This document shows positions 49,443 through 63,258 of a stretch of DNA of 64,000 nucleotides, piece after piece; position 1 is the stretch's first letter, and each line of letters opens with the position of its first letter. Position numbers and translations under genes: made by a program. Location: NCBI GenBank assembly GCA_024704765.1, contig JAKMXF010000011.1, positions 289,863 through 353,862 of the forward strand, read 5' to 3'. Under the pieces are notes generated by a model. That model was not told the origin of the DNA. It saw nothing but the letters and a program-made list of their open reading frames with translations, and did not search any database. Source of the stretch: Oopsacas minuta (taxonomy: Eukaryota > Animalia > Porifera).

Positions 49443-52400
49443 TACTTCACTAGGAGCTATTATTAGACACAAAGATTAAAATTATTTTCGTGCATCATCT
49501 AAATTTACAGGAGGGCAAGAATATATAGAATTTACTTGAATTTCAAAATAATTCTAAAAATACATTTTCCGATTTTTGTCCGGTTCAGGCATTGATGTAC
49601 TCAAAAATATATTCGTGCACCCCGATGCACGTTTGAAAATTGGTGTATAATTTCAAAAATGTAAGCACTACAAGCGATTAACAATAAATTATCGTCCTCT
49701 TTTGTCACCTGATAGATGCAGCACTCCAAACACTATATTAAAAACAAAAATATTTCACTCCAGGCCTTTAAAACTAGACAGCCAACAAAGTTTTTTGGAA
49801 ACAATGATACTTATAATAATTGCATAAACTGATCTAATATAAGAAATACGTCAAATTGATGATTAACTACAAACGTTATATTGTATATATTTGAAAGAAA
49901 ATTGCTGTTAAGGTAGTTAAGTATTTACTATTGCGGTTAGCTATTTATAATAATCTAAAATATGTATACTTTAGCTCGCTGTAATCGAAATTCCTATGGG
50001 TCATACATACAATCATCAATATTTTCCTACTAATTCGACGATGGAGATTCATAAGAACGTAGTTAAATTCGTAATTGAAATTCTGCCTAATACGCCACAT
50101 TGGCACACTGTGGGGCTATAGCGATTTTGAAAATTCATAGAGAATTGCCAAAAAATTAGGCGTGCAACTCCAATTAAATAGGCTTTATCACAATAATTTT
50201 TGATGCAATTTTGACCGATACATGTCCAATCAATTTCGCTAATTCGGGTCACCTTGGTGAAAGAGTAGTTGACAAAAATATTTAATTAATGCTCTCTTCT
50301 TGTTTGCTAGTTCCTAAAGTGTAGTGATGAAATATGAAATCATATTTGAAATTGATTACGAAATTGGAATTATTACTGTATATGACTTCACTTTCGTTAT
50401 AATTGATGGTCATCCTCGAATCTCTCCTATTTTGTATGTAATATGTAAAGGGGAGATCTCAACATCTTTAGATTGTCATCTTTGTTGTGGAAATGAACCG
50501 GTATACTATCTAAAACAAGTTTTCGAAAGTGGTCAGCACTCGCCGTACCTGTGTGTGTGTGTTACTGTGTCTGTGTATATAATACACCCTTTAGATTTTT
50601 AACCTACTCCAATTATAATAGTAGATGATTATTATACTAATGAGATTCTATTATTATCAACCGCTTGATTCAGGCCAATCAGATTGTATCGTTAATAGGT
50701 AGTTATTTCTTATTAATATAGACTCGATCATCTCTAGAGGCTTTTCGGTTGTTATCAAAACAGTAATAATAAAATGTACCACTTTCTATTACACAATATA
50801 ATAATAATACCCAACCATAATCTTATAGAACTAATAGTAAATAAAACAACTAGAAAATTAAATCACACCTCATTTTTGGAATTTCTCTGCGATATATAAG
50901 TAATCAGTTTATTGTGTACGTCCAACTCCCCACACCATTGTAATACAATTTGATATGATATCCCTAAAAATTATTGCGCAATCTCAGAAATAACCATATA
51001 CGGGCATATCCATGATTACACATTGAAGGGTTTATTTGGTAATTTGTATTTCAACATTTTGAACAAGATCAATAATTTACGTTCTACATGGTTTCAAACA
51101 TGGAGAATTTTTTAATACATATTTGCCAATTACGCTAACAGATGACGTCACATCTATCTGCAAATTTTGACAAATTTGTCTCTAATAGGGACAGAACTCA
51201 AATTCATTTACAATAACGTTGGGGAATAGGGTTTTGAATGTTAGAATTATAGTTATTTATCATATCCAGAGCTAGATCTGGACGATGTGGATACCATCTA
51301 TTATCAAATACTTAGGAAGTTAGTTTCTATACGTCCTTTGGAATAACTGAGCTAAGTACTGACCATAAACCATTATTATCATATGAACCAATAAACCAGT
51401 ATTATCACAAGAATCAATCAGGAATTAACAATATAATATGATCTATTGGACTTTCCACCAATCTAGTTAAATTATTCTTGATCAGCTTCAAATGTATATT
51501 GTCGCCAACACATTAAAAACTACATATCTCATCGCAATCTAAATTTCTTCAGTAATCCAATCAGGTATGATTGTAAGTTTTACTTTCTTCTTCTTCATAG
51601 GAGCAAGTAAGTTTAGAACATTAAGAAAATCACTTTAAAATATCAATCAAAAGGTAACAATGAGATAACAGGTTATAATAATTTCATTCTTTTCTACATA
51701 GGGCCAGGTCCAAATTCAAAAAATAATTGTTTTTCTCGAACTTCATTTCCATGAAAATAATGTGGTATTTACATTGATTTTCCATCCGTATATTCTTACA
51801 AAATTTACGTGTAAAGAAAATAGTAAGAATAAATCGGTTACTAATAAAACTGCTTACAATGAATTTCTTTGCCAAATGGATTTCAAATCCAAATAATGAA
51901 ATCTTCCAGGAAAGTAGAGAATTTTAAAAAAGATTGATGCGATCTCGGTCGAATATTTTTTACATTATTTTGGCTAAAATGTTTCTCCCATTAGGAAAGA
52001 TTGCCTACTCTTGGCATAATAAAGTAAAGCCACAAAAATTGAGGGGACTATGTATAAAATACGTATAATTACAACAAATAAAATTATAATTGTGATTGAA
52101 TTATTCCTTTTTACTATAGATACACTGAGTATAAGGTAAAATATAAAGCATCAAAAATACTTTTGTATATCTAATAAGTACAAATATTAGATTTCAGGGC
52201 TCAAAACCAATATATTGTATAAGGAAAATATTCGTTATAAGGAATCTTTGCCTAGTACTTTGTTAACTTTCCACATTATTGAATTTAGTTGATACTTATA
52301 TACTAAGTCCATTTTGTAAATTTTCTACAAATCAGTAACATACCTTCGTGTAGAGAATATTAAATAAGATAGAAAGTGTGAAAAATAAATTCAATAAATA

Positions 52401-52484
52401 AACCATTCCAGTACCAATACTGAATATAACTTTTCAAAGCATTTAGAATTTCAAATGACAAAATTCAACGAATCTTTACTACTT

Positions 52485-52532
52485 CTAGCGCACTCCGCTT
52501 GCTAGGTTGCTGCCCGACAGTTTAGTGCCTCA
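52485..52532 (-). repeat. Probable Helitron-like 3' terminus (copy B)
   Basis: CTAGCGCACTCCGCTTGCTAGGTTGCTGCCCGACAG, homologous to 45170 and 61297. Confidence 0.4.
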
Positions 52533-53169
52533 GGTTAGTAAATTATTTAACAGCTAAATTTCTTAGTGCTATCCTACGCAACTGAATATACTCGCACTAC
52601 TGTGTTTCTGATCTGAAAGACCTTCCAACAAATCAAATTCACTTGCATAATCAGACAATATTTTCATGTGTCCAACGAGTGTATGTTATGTAGGTTCCAC
52701 TGTATACACATATACTCGTGTATACAGATTAATTGCGTTTAATTAATTAAAATATTGATGTGAGGAATCATACAAGTACCAAGTGAAATCTTAGGGAAGG
52801 TAAGAAACTGAAATAGTTCAAATTAGTGAATTCATCAGAAATAAATACCTGATAAGCTTTAATAAGCCCCTGTACTCGTAGATGATCAAGGATTTCCTTC
52901 GTATCCATAGCAACTGAAAGGTCGCCATTTATTGAAGAAGAAGGTCTTTCAGATTCTGCTTTAGATAGATTATGAAAGAAAGGGTTCCAATCCTGAAATA
53001 TAATATCGAAGTAAATAGAGAATAGGTTGATGTCACAAACATACATATGACGATTTCTAAACTGATTAAACTGGAAATTGTAAGTAAATTAATACATGGA
53101 CTTCTAAACCACCTGGACGGACTCATATTCAACTCGTATTGATTTCACAGCTAGTTAGGCCAGTTTGGC

Positions 53170-53490
53170 ATAATTGATATCTCGAAAAATATAAGTTCTA
53201 TTGGTATTAAATATATTATTGTTGAATAGGAAGTCATGTATGGGGATTTCAATGGATATATTTGCACACTTGAATTGTTTGTGGTTTTTGAGTTTCGCGG
53301 GTTTCACACCTTTCCATATATGTAAATAGATGCTGACAACTTGAAACTGATTAATATTAGGCATGGGAAATGTATTATAGTTGAATAGGAAGTCTTTATG
53401 GGTAGTTGATATGCATTATCCAGTCTCAAATATCTATGGCTTCCGAGTTCTATTGTTTTTACACCTTCCATATATGGTAATTAATGGTCA
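53170..53490 (+). repeat. Decayed tandem duplication, unit about 155-160 bp
   Basis: GTTGAATAGGAAGTC at 53221 and 53380; ACACCTT(T)CCATATATG at about 53306 and 53461. Confidence 0.45.
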
Positions 53491-53620
53491 TATCACCATA
53501 TTATGAAGAGCTCAGTAGGAGGTCGGAGATAGTAGGCTTTAGTAACCTCACTAGTAAACTTATATTCTCAAGTATATTCTTATCAACTATGGAAATTGTA
53601 ATTCATTAAACTCAAACTTG

Positions 53621-55332
53621 CACAGTGTCACGAAATGGCTAAAACCTGGAAGTAGGTATTAGGGTACTAGATAACGTATTAAACCCTATTATTAACATAT
53701 GGGGAATCGTACCCAAGGAATCGATTGACGTGACTAGATATTTTCTAAGTCTTTGGGTGCGAAAGTAATGACGTCATTGTCACATTCAAAATATTTTGAT
53801 TTTTTTATCGATTATAATTAAGCAAATTTGTGAGCTATAGTTTCAGAAATTGAATGTTTTATGTTTTGATATTCTTAACACTATTTAATGTACATTTTTA
53901 TCAACTTATGAAACCACATTTCTTGTTGAAAATGACTTACCGTTCATTGAACTACAAACTATAACGTATTTATAATTAGAGAATTCAGCAAAATATCTTG
54001 ACAGCTCTTTAACTCAGAAAGATCTGGCTCGAATCGTTTTTGATAATATTACGAAATGATGCTAATATTGGATCACTTTGAGAGATAAGCCTGAGGAACA
54101 CATCTTTAGCGTTGTCCTCAAAGCTAAATTTTCTTGAGAGCCTCTCACGGTATCGCCTGACCAATTTATTACAAAATTCAAGGCCTTCTTCAAAGTTAAT
54201 GGTTAATGAAGAAGAGGCACTTAACCTAGGCTTCTTTGGCAGAGGACAGAAGCACATGGAATTCCAAGTATCAAGGCCCGAAAATTTATGAAAAGAGGCT
54301 CTATCTTTTTGAATATCATTGAACTTCAGACGAAAGAAATTTTGCTGATCTCGATTAAAACCACGAGTTGAATTATTTGGTCTGCGATTGAACGAGTGCT
54401 AAGTAATTTATGCTCACAATAAAACTGAAAAGCTTGAAGATTGTTCATTTTCTAGATAAGTAATATATTATTTAATAACAATATTGTAAATACAGGGCTA
54501 AAAGTAAGATTTTATATATATATGCATGTTTGTTTTATACGCTTATAAAATACATTCTGAAATCTAAGGATTAAAGAACCTTTGACGAATATTTTCTCAC
54601 AGTAGAAGAGTGTTGATTTTCAAGGAATCTTTGTAGAAATACGTGATGAGAACAATTATTTATATTACTTACAAGCTGAATTTTGTAAACACAAGCATAA
54701 AATTATAAATAACTTTACGCTTTGATTATATCGCTAAGCAACCATAATATTTATATAAAATTTTGAAAAGAGAACTTTCAAAAATATTAGATAAATTCAA
54801 AAGTTCATGTGTTGAAACTATATTTGCGCGAATTTTCGGGAACCTGGAAATTGTTGTATTTTATAGAGAATTAAAAATGCTATATTATAAAACTCAGGAG
54901 ACAACTTGACAGAACACGACAGATGAAGTTATGAGACTTAGAAGTTGAGTGACGACAAAAATATCTAACAGAAAAATTTATCAAAATATTTGAGCTATTT
55001 TAAGGATTTATTATTTGGACTCCGCTTATATGATCACTATAATAAGAGAGTAGTCAAAAATGCAATGGAATGAAGTCATTGGAATGTATTAGTTGCTTAG
55101 ATACAGGAATTTAAGTTCATTGATATAAATTAATATCTGTGGTTTTCAGGAATAATTTCTGAGCAAGAAATTGTAATGCCTCTATACATTCTAGTTGTTC
55201 CTAAACTAAATGATGGATCATAACAATTTTAGACATTTCAAGTAATTGGATATTTCTCTTTCCAATGAACTTTAAATGGTTACTAAATATCGGATTGAAA
55301 TTTTGACAAATTTCCAGGGGTATGCCACTGTG
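53621..55332 (-). mobile_element. Internally deleted RAG1-like/Transib element, copy 4, 1712 bp
   Basis: CACAGTG at 53621 and CACTGTG ending at 55332; 5-bp TSD ACTTG (53616-53620, 55333-55337); long end spacer 16 + ACCTGGAAGTAGG, short end spacer 6 + CCCTGGAAATTTG. Confidence 0.88.
54009..54400 (-). pseudogene. C-terminal fragment of a Transib transposase
   Basis: EEGLEFCNKLVRRYRERLSRKFSFEDNAKDVFLRL..SDP, homologous to the C-terminus of copy 1. Confidence 0.85.
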
Positions 55333-55586
55333 ACTTGATCACATCTTATAGCATAAGCCAGTTTCATTACAATATAAATATAATACCTCGGAAGGTATTC
55401 GAAGTAATACGGGATTCTTACTTACAATTATTATGTATTCCTAATAGCAATAACTTACTCGGTTTGAGATGCCAAACAAATAAGGTGGTGTAGGTTGCAA
55501 GTCTACATGGGTCACGTTTATAATCAAAAGGCATTACATTTCACAATTCCCTTTCCACAATAAACATAAGTTGTTTAATACGTCTT

Positions 55587-55845
55587 TTAATGAAGAGGTA
55601 TTACGTATAATACGTATTATACGTTCAATCTACAATTTTGGTGACGTAAATTCAATTGGGCTGTTTCCTGCAATAGATATTTTACACAAAAACAGAATTT
55701 TTGGAATTGTTAATGAGAAATTTCAGCATAGTTGACCAAATTATATAATACTTGATAATTATATGACATATACAAGTCTCAAAATGTCAAAATCTCCTAT
55801 TTCGAGATTAACCTAGACGTTTAATACGTACAAATAGATCACGTA
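55587..55845 (+). repeat. Dispersed repeat family, copy B
   Basis: Homologous to 27485-27720. Confidence 0.6.
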
Positions 55846-55939
55846 CAACGTATTATACGTTATACGCGTATTATACAACTTATCAGTAGACAGTTAGAGA
55901 AATGGGTGAGACGAATTTCACTTGTGGGTTGGAATCCTA

Positions 55940-58070
55940 CTAAATATTCAAAATTATGTTCTTTACGTTTCATGGATAGCGATTTTGAAACGAACCGATC
56001 AGATATGAATAAATGTGGAAAGAGACATAAAAAAGAACTAAAGCGAAAATGGCTGTAACCTCATACATTAACTTCGAAAATTCCTAATTTACCTAGATAT
56101 TATATTCTCACGTCAATCTGATTCCAGGGACATCTCAGTTCGGACCACCGCATCTCGTTGCCATCAAATGGAACAAGAAGCTCACCATACAACTGAGAGA
56201 TATATTTTGAAGCTGACAAAGAGTGAAATTTCTGGCTGAATTGAATATGAAACTAGAAAATAAAGAAATGCCATCCGAGCTTCCGTATTGACTTTCGTAA
56301 AGAATAGGCATGCATGACTGTTGCTTATTTGAATAAAAATTCTATGCGCGAATTGTCACATGGAACTTCCATGTGTTCTTACTTCGTTGTCAATTGATGA
56401 GCATCTCCACTTTCTATTTATCATTAGAACAGAACATGGCAAAGTCTAAGTACAATAACATTCTGGAGTCAAATACGTTGAGCAATGTATCAAAGCTAAT
56501 GAATCTAAACACTTTTGCAAATACTTGGACACAAGATGCACACATGCAAGATACAATAACAGGAAATTCAACATGCCTGAAGAGATACCTGGCTGATGCA
56601 GAAGATGAAAATGATAGTGCTAGAAATAGAATGATAATTGAGCAGTTAAAGATGATCAAGAAATCAAAACATAGTCGGCGAAATTCACCAGATTTGATTA
56701 TTTCTTCCTTCATTGTCTATTCAACTAGTGCAGCAGCATATCAATGTCTATAAAACCAAAATGTGTGGATTTTACCGTATATCACAGCTCTTGAGGGAAT
56801 TTTCAGGAAGATTGATTCTAAAAGTGGACCCAATAATGAGCAGTATCTTCAGTTAAGAGAGAATAAATTAAATAGAATTGATAAGCACGTTATCTTGATG
56901 ATCGATGAAATATATCATGAGCCGAAATGACATGTAATATTATGGAATTTACTGATCCAGATGCAGTGCCTAGACAGCGTCGTGATTCATGATTAAATCA
57001 ATTATATCAAATACCGTGATGCACATCTATATATCCTTTGGATACCCTGAAGATAGAGGCTATGAAGAAATATCACAACGAACTCATGGTTCAAATTTAC
57101 AAAGTCTATATGAGTGTAGTCGCAATTATAGTGAAAAACTACTCAGCAAATCATAAATTCTTCAACAACATATGTAACATCAGTGGAAAATTATCACGAA
57201 TCCTTTCACCGCTGGTCGCATTTATCTCATCTTTGATCCAACACACAATATCAAACAATTGCATAATAAGTTTCGATTAAAGAAATTATTTACATGTCCT
57301 GGTTCAAACCTCAATCTTGAGGAAGTGACTAATGCTGACTTTGCCGATATATTGAGAGAGTGTATGAAATGTAATATAACAAACCTACTGAAAGAGCTCA
57401 TAAATTGATACAAGCTGCGTTATATCCTAAGAGCATAGAAAAGATTAGTGTAAAGACTACTAAGATTATAGCAGTTTTTCACGAGATCACAATAAATGTT
57501 TAGTATATCAGTATTGGACTATTGATGCAGCCATAAGAAGAGACAGTTCCACAGAAATTCTGAGACTTGTAGATGACGTCGTGGTGAAATGGTTTTCAAC
57601 TATGTCCATAATAGCCAGGACGAGAATATAATATATTATGTTTGTGGTGCTTTGATCAGGCCCGTTGTTCGTACAAAAAGTGTGAGCCTACAAAGCATCT
57701 TTGAGTCCGAAAGAAAAACGAATGCTGGTTCAATTAAAAGAGGGTTTAAGAGGCAAGTTTCACCCGAAAAATAAATCGTGGTGGACTCCTTGGACCACAA
57801 GAACATGTATTCTACTTGGGCCAATTGTGCTGGAGAGTACATTTCGAACTTAAATAAACGCCTAAGCAGAAAATGAAATACAAGCCAATCGACAAAAAAA
57901 GACAATTTCAAAAAACTTTGTGAAAGAATCTTCCGGTATTTTGTTTCAAAAAAGGAAAAGACAAATCGAGAAAGTGAGTGGATCTACTGCTTCGAAAATA
58001 ATTTGAAACATTGAATTGATTATTTGCGTGTAGTATTTTGACACTTTGGTTGAATATTTGTCAATTTCCT
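55940..58070 (+). pseudogene. P-element (THAP9-like) transposase relic
   Basis: KHSRRNSPDL..YSTSAAAYQCL..ILP, VILMIDEIY, LYP..IEK, YYVCGALIR; many stops and frameshifts; termini not found. Confidence 0.68.
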
Positions 58071-58949
58071 TTGGAATTAGGGTTACAAGGTGGAAATTCC
58101 AGCTATAAAAGTTTAGCTAGTCTCCTCAGAGAAAAAGAAAATACCATAAAAATGAATTGTTTGAGACAATACTAATACATACCATTTTCTAAAGTAGTGC
58201 AGCAGAGAGATGAGGAGGAATTGTACCACTATGCTTAAAGCACGAGTAAGAAAAATGTTCAAATATAAAGTCATAGAATACCTGCATCCGGGCCAATATC
58301 GATCAGGTGTTTACTCCAAAGCAGGTGAAGCGCACAATTAACGCGCATAGAATATCTAGCTGCGTTAATACGAAGACTCTAAGCATAAAGTTTAGTAAAT
58401 GTATAAGCTACAGAAGCCACTCAATTCCCAAAAATGAGCGCTTACTAAAGTCCTATGTGAAACGCTGGATGTCACTTAAGACATACTTTCAAAATGTGAA
58501 ATAGCTTACATCTCACTCAGTTTAAAGAAGATTGAACCTGGAAACTAGATAATATTTGGCAAATCATTCTAAAAAAATTTAAGTGACTTTAATGTAGGGG
58601 TGAGGCCAGAGGAAGGGGAGGCTTAAAAATTAGCCCCCTAAATTTGTGCCCAAATTTGTGAAAACAATGGCATCAGGAGTACAGTCTGTGACTTAATTAT
58701 TTCCTTATTATGGAACACAATGTCATTCGACTATATTATGATCCAATTAACAAATAATGGTATTTTCTATTGATATACGGTATAGAAAATAGCGTGTAAA
58801 TATATATTATTGTGGATATTTACATATTCAATAATATTTACTAGCGGACCCTTGGTTTTATCACAATTTGGGCCGATTTCACTATATAGGTTAAATTTTT
58901 AGCGATTAATTCTTTGAAAGTGGTCAATTAAAACACTATAAATGCAAAG

Positions 58950-60032
58950 AAGCGAAGAGGGAAGGTATCCAAACTCATATATACCATTCCATTAAGGGAG
59001 AAGCGACTGCCCAGAATGCGAATTATTCGTGAGTACTGTTAATAATGTAAAGCCTCAACTCGTAAAATAAATTAAAAATTTGAATCAGAAAAAGTGCCTG
59101 GTCGATAAGAATACATAAGAAATCATAAACTTCAATTCGCATTCAGTTAAAAACAACTCCAAGAAATACTCGGAGCAAAAACTGGCGTTGATGTCTCTCA
59201 CGAAACTGTCAGTCGAACCTTCCATAAAATGCGATAATCAAATAAACCAGCTGTCAGAGGACATAACATTCCACCCATTCACGAGAAAGCTAAAGTTTCA
59301 CGGTCACAAGTGCATCAAAACATTCAATGGTGGAAGGTTATATTTACTTATGAATGTTCCATAGAGCTTCGTGGAGGGAATAAGTATGTGGACAAAGGGA
59401 TCGCACATACCAGTCATGGTCCTAAGCAGAAACTCCCTTAAATTATCCCATCCGGGGTGGTATACCCTCTAGTGGGGCACAAATGTCGATATTTTGGGAA
59501 AACTATAATTCGAAAGAGAAATTACAAATTAATTAATGAAAATCACATCGAAAATACCTAAAATATTATCCACTACTGATAGTTGGAAATCCCAAGACAA
59601 CTCGAGGAATCACAAATCTTAAGTTTCAGTTGCCTACAAGGAGTTTCGTGGGGTTCGTACAATTGATTAGCCATCCAACAGTAGTGATTTGTGCACAATA
59701 GAAAATTTGTGGTGTGTACTTAAGCATAGAATCCAAATAAAGGCCAAAAACTATAGAGATCTAGAAAGATACATCAAGAGGAGTGGGAAGCTTTCGACCA
59801 AATTCCTGGCGAAATGCATAAGCTCAATGGGCAAGCTATCTAGCATCGTAATTGCCTCAGAAGGCCTCAGAAGATTATAGATACCATCTCTAAATCGAAC
59901 TTTCAATGGTAGATAATTGATTCGATTAGTTGAAATTATATACTATACAAGTGTATATAAATAGATTAGAAAACATTGAAAAACTTATGTGACATATAGT
60001 ATTTCTGCATATATTTTTTCTGAACTAGTATA
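58950..60032 (+). pseudogene. Tc1 transposase relic with a probable right TIR near 60000-60032
   Basis: PSNSSDLCTIENLWCVLKHRI (for SPDLNPIENLW); remainder heavily decayed. Confidence 0.62.
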
Positions 60033-61296
60033 GTCAGATTTCAGAATTCCTAATGTTGTCCATACATATATTTTAAAAACTACAATATATTGTTAAATTC
60101 CATTGACATTAAATGTTCAGTATCCCTTACAGTTCGTTAAATGAACACTTTATGGAACAAAAATTTTTTAAAAGATTATTATTGTAATCTTTGTCAGATT
60201 GTTATGCCATATCAGCAACCCATGAGTTGGAAAATAATTTCTAAACAAGGTAGTAGTAGTATTTGAAAACTTTAAAAATTAATGCAAGACCTTCTATATT
60301 ATTTAAAAAAATAGGTTACAAAATACGGTACTCATTCACCAGCATATAATTCCATCTGAAACCAAGCTAAATACACTATTAGATTATGATAAATTTAGCA
60401 GTGTGTATTTGAAGTTGAATAACATTTTTCCGCATTATAGGTAGAACGATTAGCCTAGTGTATATATTTCAAGTTAAAAAAAAAACAAGTAGATACCAGG
60501 ATAATGGGTTGGTTTCTCAATATCCTTCGAATCCAAGTTATTGTTTAATACGCAAATGTAATTGGAAATTCTTTGCAGACAATTTCCAGAAATTGATTAC
60601 GGTTGTATATAATTTTCTTTATGTTCTCGTAAGGAATAATAAATTACTTGTTTATATATAAAGTGAAGAACCACTGTCAAGTTCAAAATACTAAGCAATT
60701 CAATATCAGTCTTAAAACAGAAATTGATTTCAATAGACATACTCTAGGGTATCGTATAAACGGTCCCAGTGTTAGTAAATTTATAGATTCTTCCACCCCA
60801 ATCACGCTTATTCCAACCCCTGTTTATTGAATTTTGGATATTGACTCTAAATAACAATACAACCACAAAATTTTATTAGATGTCTTTATGAAACTAAATC
60901 TGTACATCTGCTGCAGTAATGATATAGTATGTATGTGTGTAATTCTTCTAACCCCTGCAATTTATTCAAAACCCATATACAATTAAGTACATGAGATTGA
61001 GTCTTACATTTCCAGACACAATATTAGAGAAATTGAAGTCCAAATGAGTTAGAAATTAGATTTCGATATTCTGAATAATGATGATTAAGAAAATAATAAT
61101 ATCAAAGAATAGTTTGGTAGTTTTATTTTCTTATTAATCCAGAAACATAAATCAAGCAAAAATAATCCATTTTCCCTCAATAGCCCAATGTCGATCGATC
61201 CCTAAATGTAAAATATCTTTAGAAACTAGTTTCAGTCCATATCGCTCCGCATCACTCAGCTCGAGTAAATTATGTGTTATTGATATTTATGCACCA

Positions 61297-61350
61297 CTAG
61301 TGCGCTTCGCTAGCTAGGTGGCTGCGCGACAGCTCAATGCCTTCAGGAGT
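61297..61350 (-). repeat. Probable Helitron-like 3' terminus (copy C)
   Basis: ACTAGTGCGCTTCGCTAGCTAGGTGGCTGCGCGACAG; CTAG followed by T on the minus strand. Confidence 0.45.
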
Positions 61351-63258
61351 TAGGTGCTAAAACCGAAAGTTCTTGATGGTTTGCAATATTTGGTCAATCG
61401 CAATCATCATTAATAAGAGAAGAACGAAAATTCAACAAAACTCCAATTAGAGTTTTCATAGTAAAGAAATTTAGTCAATATAGAGAGGGTCGTATAATGG
61501 ACAACAGGTATGCAGGATGTTCTAACAACTTGACCAACCCAGGTTCAAGTTGTAGAGCATTAGACAGTGAAGGCACACTTCCAACTCCTGTCAATCCAAT
61601 CTCTGGATACAGCGAAAAAATTTCGTACATTATCTCGAGTTCTTGAACCTGTACATTTTTGCTTGTTCGATACGCTTGCTCGTACTTTTTGGACTCAAAA
61701 TATCAAGGCCCAAAAATGTACTTTAAAAGATCCATCCGCCTATTTAATGATATCTGCCCCAATTTTTCATTTTGTTACGCCACTAAGTAAGAGATGGGGA
61801 GTAACTAGATATTTCATAATGGCTGCCTTTTGGTATTTGAATATGAAATTGAGAAGTACAAGGAGCGTGAAGAGAGGTGTAAGAGCTCTAGAAACATAGG
61901 AATATTTCCCGGTATACAGGGACTTGAATGACAAGAGTCAGAACGCATGCCTCTATTATCAAATTGTTCCTGGGAACTATTCAATGTCGCAATAGTATAC
62001 TAAATAGGATCATATCAACTAACCGTAAATGGAACCTTTTCTAGCAGTATATAGATAAATTATAAATTAATTCTTATGCATTTTACATAATAAATTAGAA
62101 TGACATGATTGAAATTAACTATGTAAGTTCGAAATGATCAACATAGAACCCGAAATAGATTCCAACTCTGATCAAAATATTGTTTAACACATTCATAATC
62201 CTAAATTAATGATCATTGGGTGCAAACAATACACGAAATATACATCAATATTTCCTGAGCCTAGGGTATATCTTGACATAAAAATTTTACATATTTGCAT
62301 CAGTTCTCACAAAATGTTCTCCTAGTTAAATATTACGAGTGATGAGCGATCGAAGAAGATTTTAGGTACGACCTCTGTAAAAATGTTCAGAATAAATATG
62401 TAGGGCATTCCAAACACAAGCATTAGGACCCAAATTCAGATTTGAAAACAACAGTGGGGTAATAATAAACTTTGTAGGTTAATGAACAATGATCCTATAA
62501 ATAAGAATGTTTAATGTAAAAATGGGATGGGGCTACTGACCCCTCCAAGGGACGCTCCGGTTTACGCTCTAGTAAAAAGTTGAATCCTAAACACCAAAAT
62601 CTCCACTAGTGCTATGTTTATCACATCTAAAACAATTTCAGCCAAAAATAATCAAATGTCATTGTATAATAGAGTGAATATACACAACTGATTCCACACA
62701 AAAGTAACTCGTCTATTCCAGATTTCGGTCAAATTACTGGAGTACCAATTAATTTACAACTCTCCCCTATGAAGTGGAGTTAATTGTATACTTTGTACAG
62801 CATTACAATAGCTAATAGTGCGTATACTGTAATAAATCATTATAAACAAAACAACAGAATTCAGTACCTCGAATTTTAGCCTGAGTATAAATAATGAATT
62901 TCTTATAGTGTTTTGGGCGCTGTGTGACTCAACATACACGATACTACGTGCCTAAATTTGAAAATGAGTCAGGACGGTTATTGTTATTCAAAAATGTATG
63001 TTTATCAACACCAATAGTATAGTTCTCTAGTCAATATACATTGCATATGCATTGTGTGAAAATGTATTATAGGAAACTGTCAAAATATAAATCTGAAATA
63101 AATTGAAAGTAGATTCATTAGATAGAGGGATAATTTGTTTCATACCATATATACTGAATATACAAGTATACTCATGACTCACACGAATAGAAATTAAAGG
63201 TCAACCTCAAAAACTTTTACTATTAGTCATTTTTTGGTTAGAATGTATTAGGTCAGAC

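Larger units (their letters stand above)
45560..50112 (-). mobile_element. RAG1-like/Transib transposon, copy 2, full length but inactivated, carrying a mariner insertion
   Basis: Long end CAGAGTG + 16 nt + ATGGCGTATTAGG (45560-45595); short end CACAGTG + 7 nt + GTGGCGTATTAGG (50086-50112, minus strand); flanks CTCCT and GGGCT do not match. Confidence 0.88.

Noticed and set aside
61480-61900. Open frames on both strands as a host exon
   Set aside because: No recognisable domain and no neighbouring exons; left unassigned.
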